Source: a virus (lineage: Duplodnaviria; Caudoviricetes). From it: DNA of 64,000 nt. A program made the position numbers and the translations under genes. The notes under the pieces were generated by a model that had not been told where the DNA came from, made no database searches, and was given only the letters and a program-made list of their open reading frames with translations. The stretch is taken from positions 96,001 to 160,000 of IMG/VR virus record IMGVR_UViG_3300037067_015585. One strand, written 5' to 3'. Shown here in pieces: positions 42,028 to 52,778 of this stretch; position 1 is the stretch's first letter; every line of letters starts with the position of its first letter.

Positions 42028-43798
42028 GCTCTATTGAGCGTTCAATTTCAATTGGTTGAAGTTTTGGTCGCTTCGGTCTCACTACGCTTTTATATGTAGA
42101 TGGATGCGATTCCCCATATTCAACGGAATCTTTGAACCACGATGGTATCATTGTCCTAGCATCACGTAAAAAAGAAGTAAAGACCTCATCTAAAACATAT
42201 GTGTGCGCCCAATCATTTTCACTTCGAATCGATCGACCAGATGATTGGATGAGCTTTAGTGCAGTCAACCACAAATAATATCTGCGATCTAGTTCTAATC
42301 TGCGAGCCAATTGTTTGTTGTCAACGAAGTTTGGCCACGGCACTTTGCAAATTATTTGAAGTCTGCTTAAATCGCCATAAAGATCAAGCCCTTCATGCAT
42401 AGCTGGTGCGACGATAACGCTATTATCGCTTTCGCCATGCACTTTTAACATTGCCTCTTTTGTCGGAAAATTACGCTGGTATAAAAAACGACAACTATGT
42501 CGCGATTTTGCCATCAACAAATTAGCAATCGCAAAATTGTGTGTGTGGATGATACCACGATCGTGCTTATATTTGTCGAGTATCTCATCTGTTCTCGCAA
42601 CAATTTTTGGCCCCCACTCATTCATTCTACCATTACCACCAGTTATCCTACCAGCACTATGCATGTATATTGGGCGATTTTTTACGGGGAATCGGTTCTT
42701 CATCCTGTATGCAGCCACCTGGCTTCTTGGTATGCCTAATGAAGAACAAAATATATCAACTTCAAGAATCGTGGCACTCATCAATAACACGTTCTTGCCG
42801 TAATCAAATAACAGTTTGTGTGCCTTCGAATGGACATAAATCGGTTTTAATGTAACTGTTCTAAATCCATTATCAGCCTTGAATTCTGCAACCCACTCTT
42901 CCTCGTTTTGGATAGCTTCATAAAATGATTCTAGTCTTATTGCCAATCTGTGGTAGTCGTCAGCAATTCTTAAGTCTTCCGGTTCTCCCGCCTCTTCTGC
43001 TTCTTCTGCTATCTGCCGAACTTTTGATACTAAATCGTTTTCGATAAATGAGATGCAATAATCTCTTGGTAATTCAAGCTCTTTCAATGTATAGCCGAGT
43101 TTGCATAATCGCTTGTCATTCAACGTAATAGAGATATAATCAAGCAATTGCGGTTCTGAATTATGGCTTTCATCAACGATCAAAAGATCTCTTGGGCCAA
43201 ACCGATTTGGTATTGCCATTTGATATAAAAAGCTGCTATAATTCATCACAACCGTTTTGGCCATAACAGCTTTGGCCATTTGTTTATAATAAGGACACAG
43301 GCTTGTTGCACAGTTGTTTATGAAATTCCCTTTTTCATTATTGGGGAAGCATAATTCACTCCGGCGTGTTTTGTTTTTGCGCCGGCAATATCCATTATCA
43401 CAAGTCGGAGGTGTAGTAAGAAATTTGTCTAAATCTTTCTGCAACAAACCTTTTCTTCCAACTGCGCCAGCACCAAAGTTCTTGTAAAAATCACAATAAT
43501 AGGCCGATCTACCCTTCAAATCGACAATTTCACCACTACCAAAATCCTTCATTAATTGCGACTGAAGAATTTTCTGTACGGTAAGGTAATAACTATTTGT
43601 AAAAAACTTGGCAACGGCCATTCCGATTGCAGATTTTCCACTCCCAGTTGGGCCTTCGATGACAACGAACCGTTTCCCTGATTCGAACGATTTAAGGATA
43701 AACTCAATGCATTCACACTGACCTTCTCTAAAATCATCGAACGGAAAACACTCTGGTATCCTATCAAGATCAAATGGCATTGTTCCTAGATCTTTCAA
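42020..43798 (-). CDS. DinG/XPD-like SF2 helicase (Fe-S)
   Basis: Q motif, GPTGSGKS, LKGRSAYYC, CPYY, DESH, SAT, QSSGRSIR. Confidence 0.9.
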   Translation of the reverse strand: MKDLGTMPFDLDRIPECFPFDDFREGQCECIEFILKSFESGKRFVVIEGPTGSGKSAIGMAVAKFFTNSYYLTVQKILQSQLMKDFGSGEIVDLKGRSAYYCDFYKNFGAGAVGRKGLLQKDLDKFLTTPPTCDNGYCRRKNKTRRSELCFPNNEKGNFINNCATSLCPYYKQMAKAVMAKTVVMNYSSFLYQMAIPNRFGPRDLLIVDESHNSEPQLLDYISITLNDKRLCKLGYTLKELELPRDYCISFIENDLVSKVRQIAEEAEEAGEPEDLRIADDYHRLAIRLESFYEAIQNEEEWVAEFKADNGFRTVTLKPIYVHSKAHKLLFDYGKNVLLMSATILEVDIFCSSLGIPRSQVAAYRMKNRFPVKNRPIYMHSAGRITGGNGRMNEWGPKIVARTDEILDKYKHDRGIIHTHNFAIANLLMAKSRHSCRFLYQRNFPTKEAMLKVHGESDNSVIVAPAMHEGLDLYGDLSRLQIICKVPWPNFVDNKQLARRLELDRRYYLWLTALKLIQSSGRSIRSENDWAHTYVLDEVFTSFLRDARTMIPSWFKDSVEYGESHPSTYKSVVRPKRPKLQPIEIERSIELD

Positions 43799-43842
43799 AG
43801 TAGAACTTGACTCTAAATAGATATATCTAAAATACTGGTTAT

Positions 43843-46005
43843 TTAAATTATTACCAAAATTTCATCACGTAACATCATATCGAGCTTCGACTTCTTCGAT
43901 AGTCGCTGAAATATTCTAATAACATTGTCACGTATATTTACTGGTATCTTTTTGAATGGCATATTCAAAAGATCGTTCTCCAATATTCTACCTCGTCCTT
44001 GACCTCTTGAATTCGATTGAATAAAGCGGATTGCATCGGTATCGAAATTTATACACCACCAGATATCTATCAGATCGTTTTTATCATTAGGTCTTATGAT
44101 ATAATTTTCATTTGTGCAGCCAGCACCAGCATATATGTCATCGACAACCCCACAACATGGTGGGTGCTCTTCTGATACCAGTCTACTCATAAGAATACAC
44201 CCATTGTATAGAGTCAACGCCTTCTTTTTGGGCCTCAAATGTGTATTAGTTATAATGCGATATGTCCTGTCGATCGTTGGATTTAATTCATTTGCTCCGC
44301 TCCATGGCTCTTGCACTAGATTAGCAATATCACCAAGTTTTACGTAATCCTTACTTCTGCATTCATGCGGTCCATAGTGCCAATCGCCAGTCTCTAGTAT
44401 ATTCTTATATGGCACCTCATGTAGCGGAAATTCGCCATTTAGTATTTTGGGCCAATCACTACACTCCCAACTATAATCTTCTAAATGTGGTGCAAAGCCT
44501 ACATCTCTGCCATCCTCTTGTAATGGATTACTATTAGCATCTATAAGTCCTTTATTAGAGTATCCGATATTATTTATTTTTATGAATTTTGTTATTGATA
44601 TTTCACGTTTTGTGAAAAATAATAAATATGTCGGGAATGTCGTCCCGGCAAAATGATCAAATGCATATGTTGGCAATTCAACGACAAGTTCTAAAAAGGC
44701 CATCGACGAAAGCAGCTTTCTGGCATTTTTGAGTTGTTCGTTAGTGACAACACCCTTATCAACGACGGTTGCAAATCTACCAGTATCGCTTAATTGATCT
44801 ATACATTTTTCTATAAATAACACCTGGCTAAGAACACTTTTCTTTTGTTTCTCGCCATTCATAGCTGTTTTATATTGTTTGAGAATTTCTACATCGCTTA
44901 TTTTCACACCAAAAGGTACATTGGTATAAATAACATCCATATATTGTTTACCACTACAATTGGGAGTCTCCCATGGACCATTAAGCGAATCTTGTTTTTT
45001 CTTATCTATACCATCTAATGTCTTGCCAGTTTTAGGGTGACGATACATAATAAATGCTTGACTAGCCGATTTAAATGCTCTCAGCCCATCAATTTCATAA
45101 TAATGTATAAGTGATGGTGTACAGTCGTCAGATATATCAAGCGATTGAAGTAAAAAACTACCGGTTCCACCACATGGATCGCATATGTGATCGCCTGGTT
45201 TAGCCTTGTAATATGAGCACATAAATCTTCTTATTAAAGGTGGTGTATAATATTGTCCCTGTTCTTTGTTAGCGCTATGATTTTGCCAAGCATTATGTAT
45301 ATAATGCACAATTTCACTATTACTCGCAACATCATAATTATTAATATATTCGACTACAGTATCAAGCCTGTTATCTGGATATCTGGCAATCTCACCATAT
45401 TGAGCGCCAGATGCATTAAATTCAATTCTAGCGTTACTCCAAATATTATGGAGATCTAACGATGTAAATGCTATATGTTCTCTCTCAGCATACCATTTAC
45501 ATAATAATATCTTAGCTAATTCATCATAAATCAGATCATACGACTGACCACTCCACAATTTATTCCGCAACGTTGCTAAAAAACGTGGAATATCGGAGAT
45601 TTTTTGTAAATGTTTACCGCTCCCAGTCATATCTGGCAAATAAATAGGTTTCCCATCCCAGCCATTCTTTTCAACGGCTTCAAAATATTTACCGATATCA
45701 TCATAATCAAAGTCGTCTGGTAAAACTAAAAGACACGAGCCATATCTATTAGGTATGGCTGATAGATAACCAGGGGCTTGGTATCTATCACCATCCTTTG
45801 TGTTGCTCTCAAATTTAACCTCGCACACAAATGCACCATGTGGTGTCATTATTATTAAGTCAGCTCTACCAACAATACCCGCTTTCTTCTCACACGTCAT
45901 TTCTCCACATTTTAATTCTGCTATAGGTTTATTAACATATTTATAGCCATATTCTCTAGTAATATATGGGGCGATCACTTCTCTGACAATTTCTACTTCA
46001 TTCAT
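43843..46005 (-). CDS. Type IIG-like restriction-modification enzyme (nuclease + N6-adenine MTase + partial specificity domain)
   Basis: RADLII..CEVK; GQYYTP; DPCGGTGSF; motif IV NVPF; C-terminal VKLGDI...LLNMPF TRD-like segment. Confidence 0.75.
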   Translation of the reverse strand: MNEVEIVREVIAPYITREYGYKYVNKPIAELKCGEMTCEKKAGIVGRADLIIMTPHGAFVCEVKFESNTKDGDRYQAPGYLSAIPNRYGSCLLVLPDDFDYDDIGKYFEAVEKNGWDGKPIYLPDMTGSGKHLQKISDIPRFLATLRNKLWSGQSYDLIYDELAKILLCKWYAEREHIAFTSLDLHNIWSNARIEFNASGAQYGEIARYPDNRLDTVVEYINNYDVASNSEIVHYIHNAWQNHSANKEQGQYYTPPLIRRFMCSYYKAKPGDHICDPCGGTGSFLLQSLDISDDCTPSLIHYYEIDGLRAFKSASQAFIMYRHPKTGKTLDGIDKKKQDSLNGPWETPNCSGKQYMDVIYTNVPFGVKISDVEILKQYKTAMNGEKQKKSVLSQVLFIEKCIDQLSDTGRFATVVDKGVVTNEQLKNARKLLSSMAFLELVVELPTYAFDHFAGTTFPTYLLFFTKREISITKFIKINNIGYSNKGLIDANSNPLQEDGRDVGFAPHLEDYSWECSDWPKILNGEFPLHEVPYKNILETGDWHYGPHECRSKDYVKLGDIANLVQEPWSGANELNPTIDRTYRIITNTHLRPKKKALTLYNGCILMSRLVSEEHPPCCGVVDDIYAGAGCTNENYIIRPNDKNDLIDIWWCINFDTDAIRFIQSNSRGQGRGRILENDLLNMPFKKIPVNIRDNVIRIFQRLSKKSKLDMMLRDEILVII

Positions 46006-46055
46006 TTTATCATCCTATGATTTGTTAGTTACAAGATGATAAAATACCATACAAA

Positions 46056-46307
46056 TTATTTTCTAGCCATATCAGCTTCTACAGCTTTGTTCCATTTAAT
46101 CCACAAATCTTTCATTGATTCTAAGTATTTCAATGGCAGTTCAATATCAGCGTTCTTCTCAAATTCAGAGAAATCGTTGTATTTAATTAGTTTTTTGATA
46201 TTGACGTCATGAAATGAATGAATCCATTCGCAAAACCTGATCCAAGTGGACCTATCGGTGTTTGGATCAACATCGTCAAGCACACGATCTAAACTTTCAG
46301 TAAGCAT
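46056..46307 (-). CDS. hypothetical protein
   Basis: GGAGG RBS; N-terminus MLTES. Confidence 0.6.
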   Translation of the reverse strand: MLTESLDRVLDDVDPNTDRSTWIRFCEWIHSFHDVNIKKLIKYNDFSEFEKNADIELPLKYLESMKDLWIKWNKAVEADMARK

Positions 46308-46343
46308 AGTGCACCTCCAACCTAATTACTAAAAAGATTTGAC

Positions 46344-47447
46344 ATGTCAAAGATAGCGATTCTTGCTGACGTCCATCTTGGATATTCAGGACGCATTAAT
46401 GATATTTTATGGGCTTTGCGAGTCGTCAGAAATTATTGCCGCGAGCACGGTATTAGTGTAATTGTTGTGCTTGGTGATCTTTTCCATGATAGACAACATC
46501 TATCTATAGAAATATTATGCGCTGCTTATGACTTCTTTAAAGAAGCAAAAGAAGATTATGGCCAAGAATGGGTTGCATTTCCAGGCAACCATGATATGTT
46601 TCTTAAGCATAGTTGGAAGGTCAATAGTTTAAGACCGCTCGGCGAGCTATTGACAATCGTTGATACCGTTAAAATATTGGAAATTGATGGAAAGAGATAT
46701 TGGATATTGCCATTTGTTTATTCAGAATCAGCGTATATGGAAATTCTGAAGAGAGTAGAAAAACAAGCAAGTAAGGAAGATGTATTATTAACACATATCG
46801 GCGTTAACAATGCTGTACAGAATATATGTTTTCTACTTCAGAAATGGTCGATGGTATCATTTATTCAAAGCAAATTCGACCGAGTGTATGCTGGGCATTT
46901 CCATTTGTGTCAACAGGTATCGACGAATTTGTGGTATCCTGGAAGTCTAATACCATTCAAGTATGACGAGGGAGATTGTGATCACGGCTTTTTCGTCTAT
47001 GATCAAGATTCAAACGAACACGAGTTTATAAATGTCTTATCTGAAGGACGATTACTAGAACCAGACACAATTGCACCCCCGCAATTTCATACTTTCGACG
47101 TAGAGTTGCTTAATGATAAAACTGAAGCCGAAGTATCTGGTAATATTATTAGGGTTGCAACAACTAGAGATTATACACCGAACGAAAGCCAGGATATTCG
47201 TGATCGTCTAATGGCGATGGGCGCTAGAAAGATAACGTTTATTAATTTATCTGATGATGAGACACCAAATGCCAAATTAATAGAGGTCGAACCAATTAAG
47301 ATAGAAGATTTGTTCACCAAGTGGTTTGATCAAGATGAACGCGGTACAAAAGGATTGCGACGTAATCTAGCAATAAGACTAAACCATGAAATCATCGATG
47401 AAGGTAATGAATTATATGCTAAACGCTCGGACCCGGATGCGATCTAA
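46344..47447 (+). CDS. Mre11/SbcD (T4 gp47-like) metallophosphoesterase nuclease
   Basis: ADVHLG, GDLFH, GNHD, GHFH, YPGS motifs. Confidence 0.9.
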   Translation: MSKIAILADVHLGYSGRINDILWALRVVRNYCREHGISVIVVLGDLFHDRQHLSIEILCAAYDFFKEAKEDYGQEWVAFPGNHDMFLKHSWKVNSLRPLGELLTIVDTVKILEIDGKRYWILPFVYSESAYMEILKRVEKQASKEDVLLTHIGVNNAVQNICFLLQKWSMVSFIQSKFDRVYAGHFHLCQQVSTNLWYPGSLIPFKYDEGDCDHGFFVYDQDSNEHEFINVLSEGRLLEPDTIAPPQFHTFDVELLNDKTEAEVSGNIIRVATTRDYTPNESQDIRDRLMAMGARKITFINLSDDETPNAKLIEVEPIKIEDLFTKWFDQDERGTKGLRRNLAIRLNHEIIDEGNELYAKRSDPDAI

Positions 47448-47649
47448 AGCAGATACTAAATGTTTCACGTTCGGTACGGTTTGTATGGGCACTATCAAAG
47501 TCCCGGCACGTTTTATTGTGAAGATAGAAGAACAAACATTCTATGATGTAATAAAGGTAGAATTAATTGATGGTACTATCTTATTCATAAAATCGATTTC
47601 AGATATTGAAATAAAGAAGAAACGCAAAATATCATGGCGTCATTGTTGA
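47437..47649 (+). CDS. small hypothetical protein
   Basis: ATG overlapping the end of the gp47-like gene. Confidence 0.4.
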   Translation: MRSKADTKCFTFGTVCMGTIKVPARFIVKIEEQTFYDVIKVELIDGTILFIKSISDIEIKKKRKISWRHC

Positions 47650-48045
47650 TTTGCCAGCTCTTTCAACTTCACTGGTAACTATCTTTTCAATCTCGTCCAT
47701 ATTATAACAGAATTCGTGTAAACAAGCGGATTCACCAGACATATGTTCTTCATTCAATCGTTCTACTTGTCCTAGTGGTATATTCTTGTTGTGTCTATGC
47801 TTACACATAAGTGTGTGCGTGTGCCCAAATAACTTACATGTATATGGTCTCACTGGATAGATAGCACACGTTCTTGGTGAACCGATCGATCCAAGCAGAA
47901 ATGGGCAATCAGCCTCTTGGGCTTTCGGCGTAATATTATTATTCTTCTCGATATAAGTTTTAATAGCTTTATATTCATCAACCGAGCACATCACAATACC
48001 GCAGCAATGGCCACACTGCTCACACTTCATCTTTGGTAGCTTCAT
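47632..48045 (-). CDS. YkgJ-family CxxCxxCC Zn/Fe-chelating protein
   Basis: CEQCGHCC, CPFL, CAIYPVRPYTCKLF. Confidence 0.8.
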   Translation of the reverse strand: MKLPKMKCEQCGHCCGIVMCSVDEYKAIKTYIEKNNNITPKAQEADCPFLLGSIGSPRTCAIYPVRPYTCKLFGHTHTLMCKHRHNKNIPLGQVERLNEEHMSGESACLHEFCYNMDEIEKIVTSEVERAGKSTMTP

Positions 48046-49187
48046 TATTTCTCTATTTTTATATCTGGATAGAATTTTTTGTTGAACATTAAATCTGTCC
48101 GTTCTGGCTTCGGCTCATACCATCCTTTTTTCCCATAGATGTCGAGTATCGATTCAAAGAATTCCTCGTACATCCCAGCAACTCTTTCCATAGAAAAATT
48201 GTTGAGTGCCCATTGTCTACATGCATGCGGATCGATTTTATTGATGTTCTTTGCAGCCCACACAAACTGTTCAAATGTATGACAACGATAGCCAGTAATG
48301 CCATGTAGATTATTCTCTGTAAACGCACCCCAATCCGTCGTAATCGTCGGTGTTCCAGAGAACAAACATTCGATTTGAACGCCACCGAAAGGTTCGTTAT
48401 ATTGACTTGCCAGAAAAGCACCCTTAGCACGAGACATAAGCTTTTTGCGCGTTTCGACATCGGCATATCCAACAAACTCAACGTGCCCATCATCATCAAG
48501 CTTGTAATCGTCATCTCTTTGTCCGGCGACAATCAATTTAGCGCCGATTGCTTTAGTAACCTGTTCTGCTATGTGTATGCCTTTACCAACATAAACTCGA
48601 CCGCAGAATAGAAAGTAATCGTCTTTATCGGCAGAAAATTCAAAATCGGCTGGGTCAAAATAATTTGGAATTACGCAATCATACCAATTTTGCATACACG
48701 TTCCGACAGAATTGAGACCGTAATACGCATGATAAATAGCATATGATTCGAATATTTTAAATCTAGCCCAATGTCCACCAGCATAACCAATACCTGGCTC
48801 GACACATATCATATCTTGGTGTGCATCACAAATTGCGCGATGACCTGCGCCCCAGAATGGCAAAATGAAATCATTCTTCTGTTTGCGCTTACCAATCTCT
48901 TCTATTGCGTTCTTATAGAATGTTTGGTATGCATGATCATTGGTATCGAACTTAAAGAAATGCTTACGCCAGTCGTGATCTCCGTAAGTTTTCTTCCAAT
49001 CATCATTTGATAAAACAGTTACATGCTCTGTGCATTGCAGATCTGAATCCTCGTGGCCATAATGAATTACCGTATGGCCACGATCTGTCATCATTTTTGC
49101 AAATTTCACAACCTTTTGTGTATATGCACAAGCAACATATTCTCTTGATGAAACGGTATGTGGCAATCCAAGAATATGAAATCTGAT
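48045..49187 (-). CDS. GT4 glycosyltransferase
   Basis: [29 protein letters not shown]; probable start at ATC 49187 after AAGGAG. Confidence 0.85.
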   Translation of the reverse strand: MRFHILGLPHTVSSREYVACAYTQKVVKFAKMMTDRGHTVIHYGHEDSDLQCTEHVTVLSNDDWKKTYGDHDWRKHFFKFDTNDHAYQTFYKNAIEEIGKRKQKNDFILPFWGAGHRAICDAHQDMICVEPGIGYAGGHWARFKIFESYAIYHAYYGLNSVGTCMQNWYDCVIPNYFDPADFEFSADKDDYFLFCGRVYVGKGIHIAEQVTKAIGAKLIVAGQRDDDYKLDDDGHVEFVGYADVETRKKLMSRAKGAFLASQYNEPFGGVQIECLFSGTPTITTDWGAFTENNLHGITGYRCHTFEQFVWAAKNINKIDPHACRQWALNNFSMERVAGMYEEFFESILDIYGKKGWYEPKPERTDLMFNKKFYPDIKIEK

Positions 49188-49228
49188 AATTATGCTCCTT
49201 ATTTAAGTCATTTTAAATACTGATTTTG

Positions 49229-50827
49229 TCAATATCGTTTCAATGTTTGTAAGAAATGTTTGATGTCACCAGTTGGCATTTCTACTCTACGGAACAAATC
49301 TGGTCGTAAGACGCTTAATATTGTGTAAATTGCTTCTTCTGTCCCAATGCATCCGTTCTTTATAGCAAGATCAATTTCAGGATAAAACAAGTTAGTTATT
49401 TGCTGGATCTGCTGTTTCGTACCGCCAAATAAAGTTGCGCGGCACACATAATACGGATTTCTTGTGCATCGCTCAATCATTTGTCCTATATTATAGCCAT
49501 GAATTTCGGAATTCGTATAGTACGGATATGACGTCATAAAGAATTTGTCTTTTGGTATACGTGTAAAATAATAGTCATCTAATGGCCCTTCAACATGGAA
49601 ACTATTATAAACACCAGAATCAAGCCAATAGAAATAACTACTGTTATTCATTTTACTGGCTTCGTTAAGCATGTGCTGCTTCATTAGCGTCATAGCGATG
49701 TAATAACGAGATCCAATAACGCTATCCTTCATCCAACCAGATTGGTTAATCCAATTATGTGTTGATATTATGTTTTGGATACCATCGAAGTAGCTACATT
49801 TTTCAATATCGGCGATACTAAATGGGATGAGCGTTAAATCGCGATTTCCACGAATCTTTTCAATTAAATCGAAGTATTTCTCATCACAATATAATATCAT
49901 TCGGTGTCTTGTATCTAAAAGCTTCTTGACACCCTCTAAATAGTGAGTCTCGAAAGCTCTATCATCCCTATTCAAATCGACCATCATTGACACAATAGTA
50001 ATATCATGGGGATGGCGACAATTTTTATCAAGCCAACGATAATTGAGCTGTGGATAAATCCTGTCGTGTCTTAATTCGACCGGTATGAAATCATATGGTG
50101 TTTTAGAATCATCTGGTCTTCTGCCAGCAATGGCACTGCAATGATCGCCAAGGTGTACGACATATTGTCCATTTAAGAAAACCGCTTTATATCCAAGTGC
50201 TAAAAACTTCCTGTCAATATTCCATTCATTATGCCACTTCTCGACACGACCAAGCCATATCAAGTCATCGCGGCGTTTCAAATTAGGGCTACCAACCCAT
50301 CCATACCAATGTAAATGGTAATCAGTAATAGTAAATGCTTTTTTGTCATAATAAGTAACTGTCGTTCCGTCATCAGCTTTAAATTCCTTTAGTTTCTTAT
50401 CATAACTGTCGATTCCTTCGTTTTCAAATGTTCTCCATGAAATATCGATGACGCCGACATTTCGAAACTTCTGTAATATCTTCTTAGAATCATTTAGATA
50501 TCCTGATTTTAGGAATTTCCAATCATCCTCAAGATAGAAGATATATTCAGTATCGCAATATGACACCATAAAATCCATTGCCCACCACTGGCTTCGATTG
50601 CGTGGGAAACAGATAATATCACACCAGTCGCCGTATACAAACTTAAGATGTTCGAAGACATCTTCAACACCGCTATCATCGACTATGACCATCTTAGTTT
50701 GATAGTCTCTTGTTTCTTTGAACGACTGCATCGTCTCGGCTAAAACCTCAAGTCTATTACAACTCAAGACGAATGTAGTTGTATCTGAATCTGGTTGCTC
50801 TATTGTGTGGAATTTTACTTTATTCAT
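49229..50827 (-). CDS. GT2-like domain fused to HtrL/WlaTC-like glycosyltransferase domain
   Basis: VDDS, YLEDDW; second domain ITIVSMMVDL...YFYWLDSG...GTEE. Confidence 0.7.
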   Translation of the reverse strand: MNKVKFHTIEQPDSDTTTFVLSCNRLEVLAETMQSFKETRDYQTKMVIVDDSGVEDVFEHLKFVYGDWCDIICFPRNRSQWWAMDFMVSYCDTEYIFYLEDDWKFLKSGYLNDSKKILQKFRNVGVIDISWRTFENEGIDSYDKKLKEFKADDGTTVTYYDKKAFTITDYHLHWYGWVGSPNLKRRDDLIWLGRVEKWHNEWNIDRKFLALGYKAVFLNGQYVVHLGDHCSAIAGRRPDDSKTPYDFIPVELRHDRIYPQLNYRWLDKNCRHPHDITIVSMMVDLNRDDRAFETHYLEGVKKLLDTRHRMILYCDEKYFDLIEKIRGNRDLTLIPFSIADIEKCSYFDGIQNIISTHNWINQSGWMKDSVIGSRYYIAMTLMKQHMLNEASKMNNSSYFYWLDSGVYNSFHVEGPLDDYYFTRIPKDKFFMTSYPYYTNSEIHGYNIGQMIERCTRNPYYVCRATLFGGTKQQIQQITNLFYPEIDLAIKNGCIGTEEAIYTILSVLRPDLFRRVEMPTGDIKHFLQTLKRY

Positions 50828-51150
50828 TTTATTTCTTCGTTCTTTAGTATTATGAATCCCTTTAAACAATTATACGGATTATCGTCAGATTTTTCAAATG
50901 TTGCTGCTATAGCACCCCAGCCCTTTTTAGGACCATCGTCATATACGCCACATATACCATTCAACAAACCCAGAACGCCAACATGGAAACCACCATTCTG
51001 GGCTGAAGATTGGCAAGTTGGATGGTCTGAGAAAGCTTTATTGCATGGAATACGATTTGCAATTAATGCTGCTACACATGGTTTGTCGAGTGCGACTAAA
51101 CCATTCATATAGTCAACAATGCGCTCAGCTAAAACGAGATCTACTGCCAT
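50824..51150 (-). CDS. hypothetical protein
   Basis: AAGGA RBS; VGVLGLLNGICG. Confidence 0.6.
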   Translation of the reverse strand: MAVDLVLAERIVDYMNGLVALDKPCVAALIANRIPCNKAFSDHPTCQSSAQNGGFHVGVLGLLNGICGVYDDGPKKGWGAIAATFEKSDDNPYNCLKGFIILKNEEIK

Positions 51151-51214
51151 GATTATTCCTTATTTAGATGTTTTATATACCATCTAAATAAGGAAATATG
51201 ACATTTAGAAGAGA

Positions 51215-51466
51215 CTAGAATCCAGAATGGCCACGCTCCGGCCTATCACTAATAGCAGCCTTATAATGGTCTTTTGCCATATCAAAATAGTGCAGTGGAA
51301 TATTGACATCCTCTTCAATCTTTTCTGCCATATTTCTAAGAAATGCTGCTGCACTTCGCAACGCTTGTCGTCTTGACATTCGTCCAAACCCATTGACGTT
51401 GACGAATGATTCATCAACGTCTTCAGAAATCATGTGAGATATTTGTTTTATGCTTGGTTGAGACAT
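51215..51466 (-). CDS. hypothetical protein, tandem paralog
   Basis: Aligns with 51474..51737 over most of its length. Confidence 0.7.
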   Translation of the reverse strand: MSQPSIKQISHMISEDVDESFVNVNGFGRMSRRQALRSAAAFLRNMAEKIEEDVNIPLHYFDMAKDHYKAAISDRPERGHSGF

Positions 51467-51473
51467 ATTTTAC

Positions 51474-51737
51474 TCAAATGTCTATTTTATAATTACCAGT
51501 ATTGTTAGTACGTTCTGTATTACTAACAGCCGATAAATAATGATTTTTTGCTAAATCGAAAAAATGTGGTGGAACATTATCACCATCTTCAATTTTATCA
51601 GCAATCTGTCTAAGGTACGTGACAGCACTACGTAATGCTTGTTTCTTAGTCATATTGCCGAAACCGCTAACATTTACATGCTCATTAATATTCTCAGAAA
51701 TCATACGAGATATTTGATCTATACTTGGTTGAGTCAT
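51474..51737 (-). CDS. hypothetical protein, tandem paralog
   Basis: MTQPSIDQISRMISE...QALRSA...FDLAKNHY mirrors 51215..51466. Confidence 0.7.
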   Translation of the reverse strand: MTQPSIDQISRMISENINEHVNVSGFGNMTKKQALRSAVTYLRQIADKIEDGDNVPPHFFDLAKNHYLSAVSNTERTNNTGNYKIDI

Positions 51738-51773
51738 TTTATATCCAATCAGTTTTACAATATATCTTTGCTG

Positions 51774-52136
51774 TTATTGCTGATTGAAAACAATTATGCC
51801 ATAATCATTATCTGAGATCGAATAATAAGCACGTCGTATACCTCTAAGCCGCATAGTCGTCTGACAATTGATACATGGGTGTGCGTTTCCAAGTTCTCCA
51901 TTACGCAACACTCTTACAACGAAAACTTCTGAGCTATGGTTTAATTTCCGGACTAATCTTGCCTCGGCGTGTGATCCAGCATTTTGCTGTCTACATGGTA
52001 TATTGCTAGCTGATACGACAGTACCATCTCTGCGTATACCAACAGCCCCAAGACGGTGACGCCTGGCAGCATCACATGAATCACCTTTCATAGCAACTTG
52101 TTTTGCTATACGAAAATATTTATCGATTTTAGACAT
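51774..52136 (-). CDS. cytidine/dCMP deaminase-fold protein
   Basis: HAE and PCINC zinc motifs. Confidence 0.8.
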   Translation of the reverse strand: MSKIDKYFRIAKQVAMKGDSCDAARRHRLGAVGIRRDGTVVSASNIPCRQQNAGSHAEARLVRKLNHSSEVFVVRVLRNGELGNAHPCINCQTTMRLRGIRRAYYSISDNDYGIIVFNQQ

Positions 52137-52140
52137 TTTA

Positions 52141-52692
52141 TTATAGCGGCTTCTTAATCACCCAAGAAGGCCAATCAACAGGAATATCATTTGTTAATAT
52201 GAGTGGTAGATTATTTTCTTTAATGAATCTATTAACATCAGGTTCTACATTCGACCACGTTTTGTATGTGTAGTCGTGTCCACATAAATATCCACCAGCT
52301 TTAATTTTGGGCCACCACGCGATAATATCGTCGTATGCTTTTGTGTGGTCTGCGTCTATATAAACAACATCTAGTACATCGTCGTCAAACCTTGCTGCCG
52401 CGACCACAGATGATTCTCTTACAACTAATACATTGTTAAATGGTGTAAATTTTTCTAACGTATACAAATAGTTGGCTAAATGATCTGATTTAGCTGCACC
52501 ATCATTTTCTTGCCATGTTGTTCCGGGATGCTCACACCATGAGTCTATCAAATAGAGCCTATATGGTTTATTTTCTAGTAGTATGATCTCCGAAAAGCCT
52601 CCGCGAAATACGCCAACCTCCACAAATATTCCGTTATGTGGCAATGTTCTTACAAGACTAGTTCGATTTGTCAGATCAAGTTCTGTTTTCAT
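52141..52692 (-). CDS. class I SAM methyltransferase (Methyltransf_24-like)
   Basis: VEVGVFRG, LIDSW, YIDADH, GGYLCGHDY. Confidence 0.85.
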   Translation of the reverse strand: MKTELDLTNRTSLVRTLPHNGIFVEVGVFRGGFSEIILLENKPYRLYLIDSWCEHPGTTWQENDGAAKSDHLANYLYTLEKFTPFNNVLVVRESSVVAAARFDDDVLDVVYIDADHTKAYDDIIAWWPKIKAGGYLCGHDYTYKTWSNVEPDVNRFIKENNLPLILTNDIPVDWPSWVIKKPL

Positions 52693-52710
52693 GATGTTAT
52701 ATTTACCAAT

Positions 52711-52747
52711 AAAAATGCCCCAGTGGAATTTTCCGATCCACCGGGGC
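52711..52747 (-). terminator. intrinsic terminator closing the protein+ncRNA unit
   Basis: Minus strand GCCCCGGTGGA...TCCACTGGGGC followed by ATTTTT. Confidence 0.75.
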
Positions 52748-52778
52748 GATTGTAATGGGGTCGTTAAAACCCAATTGT

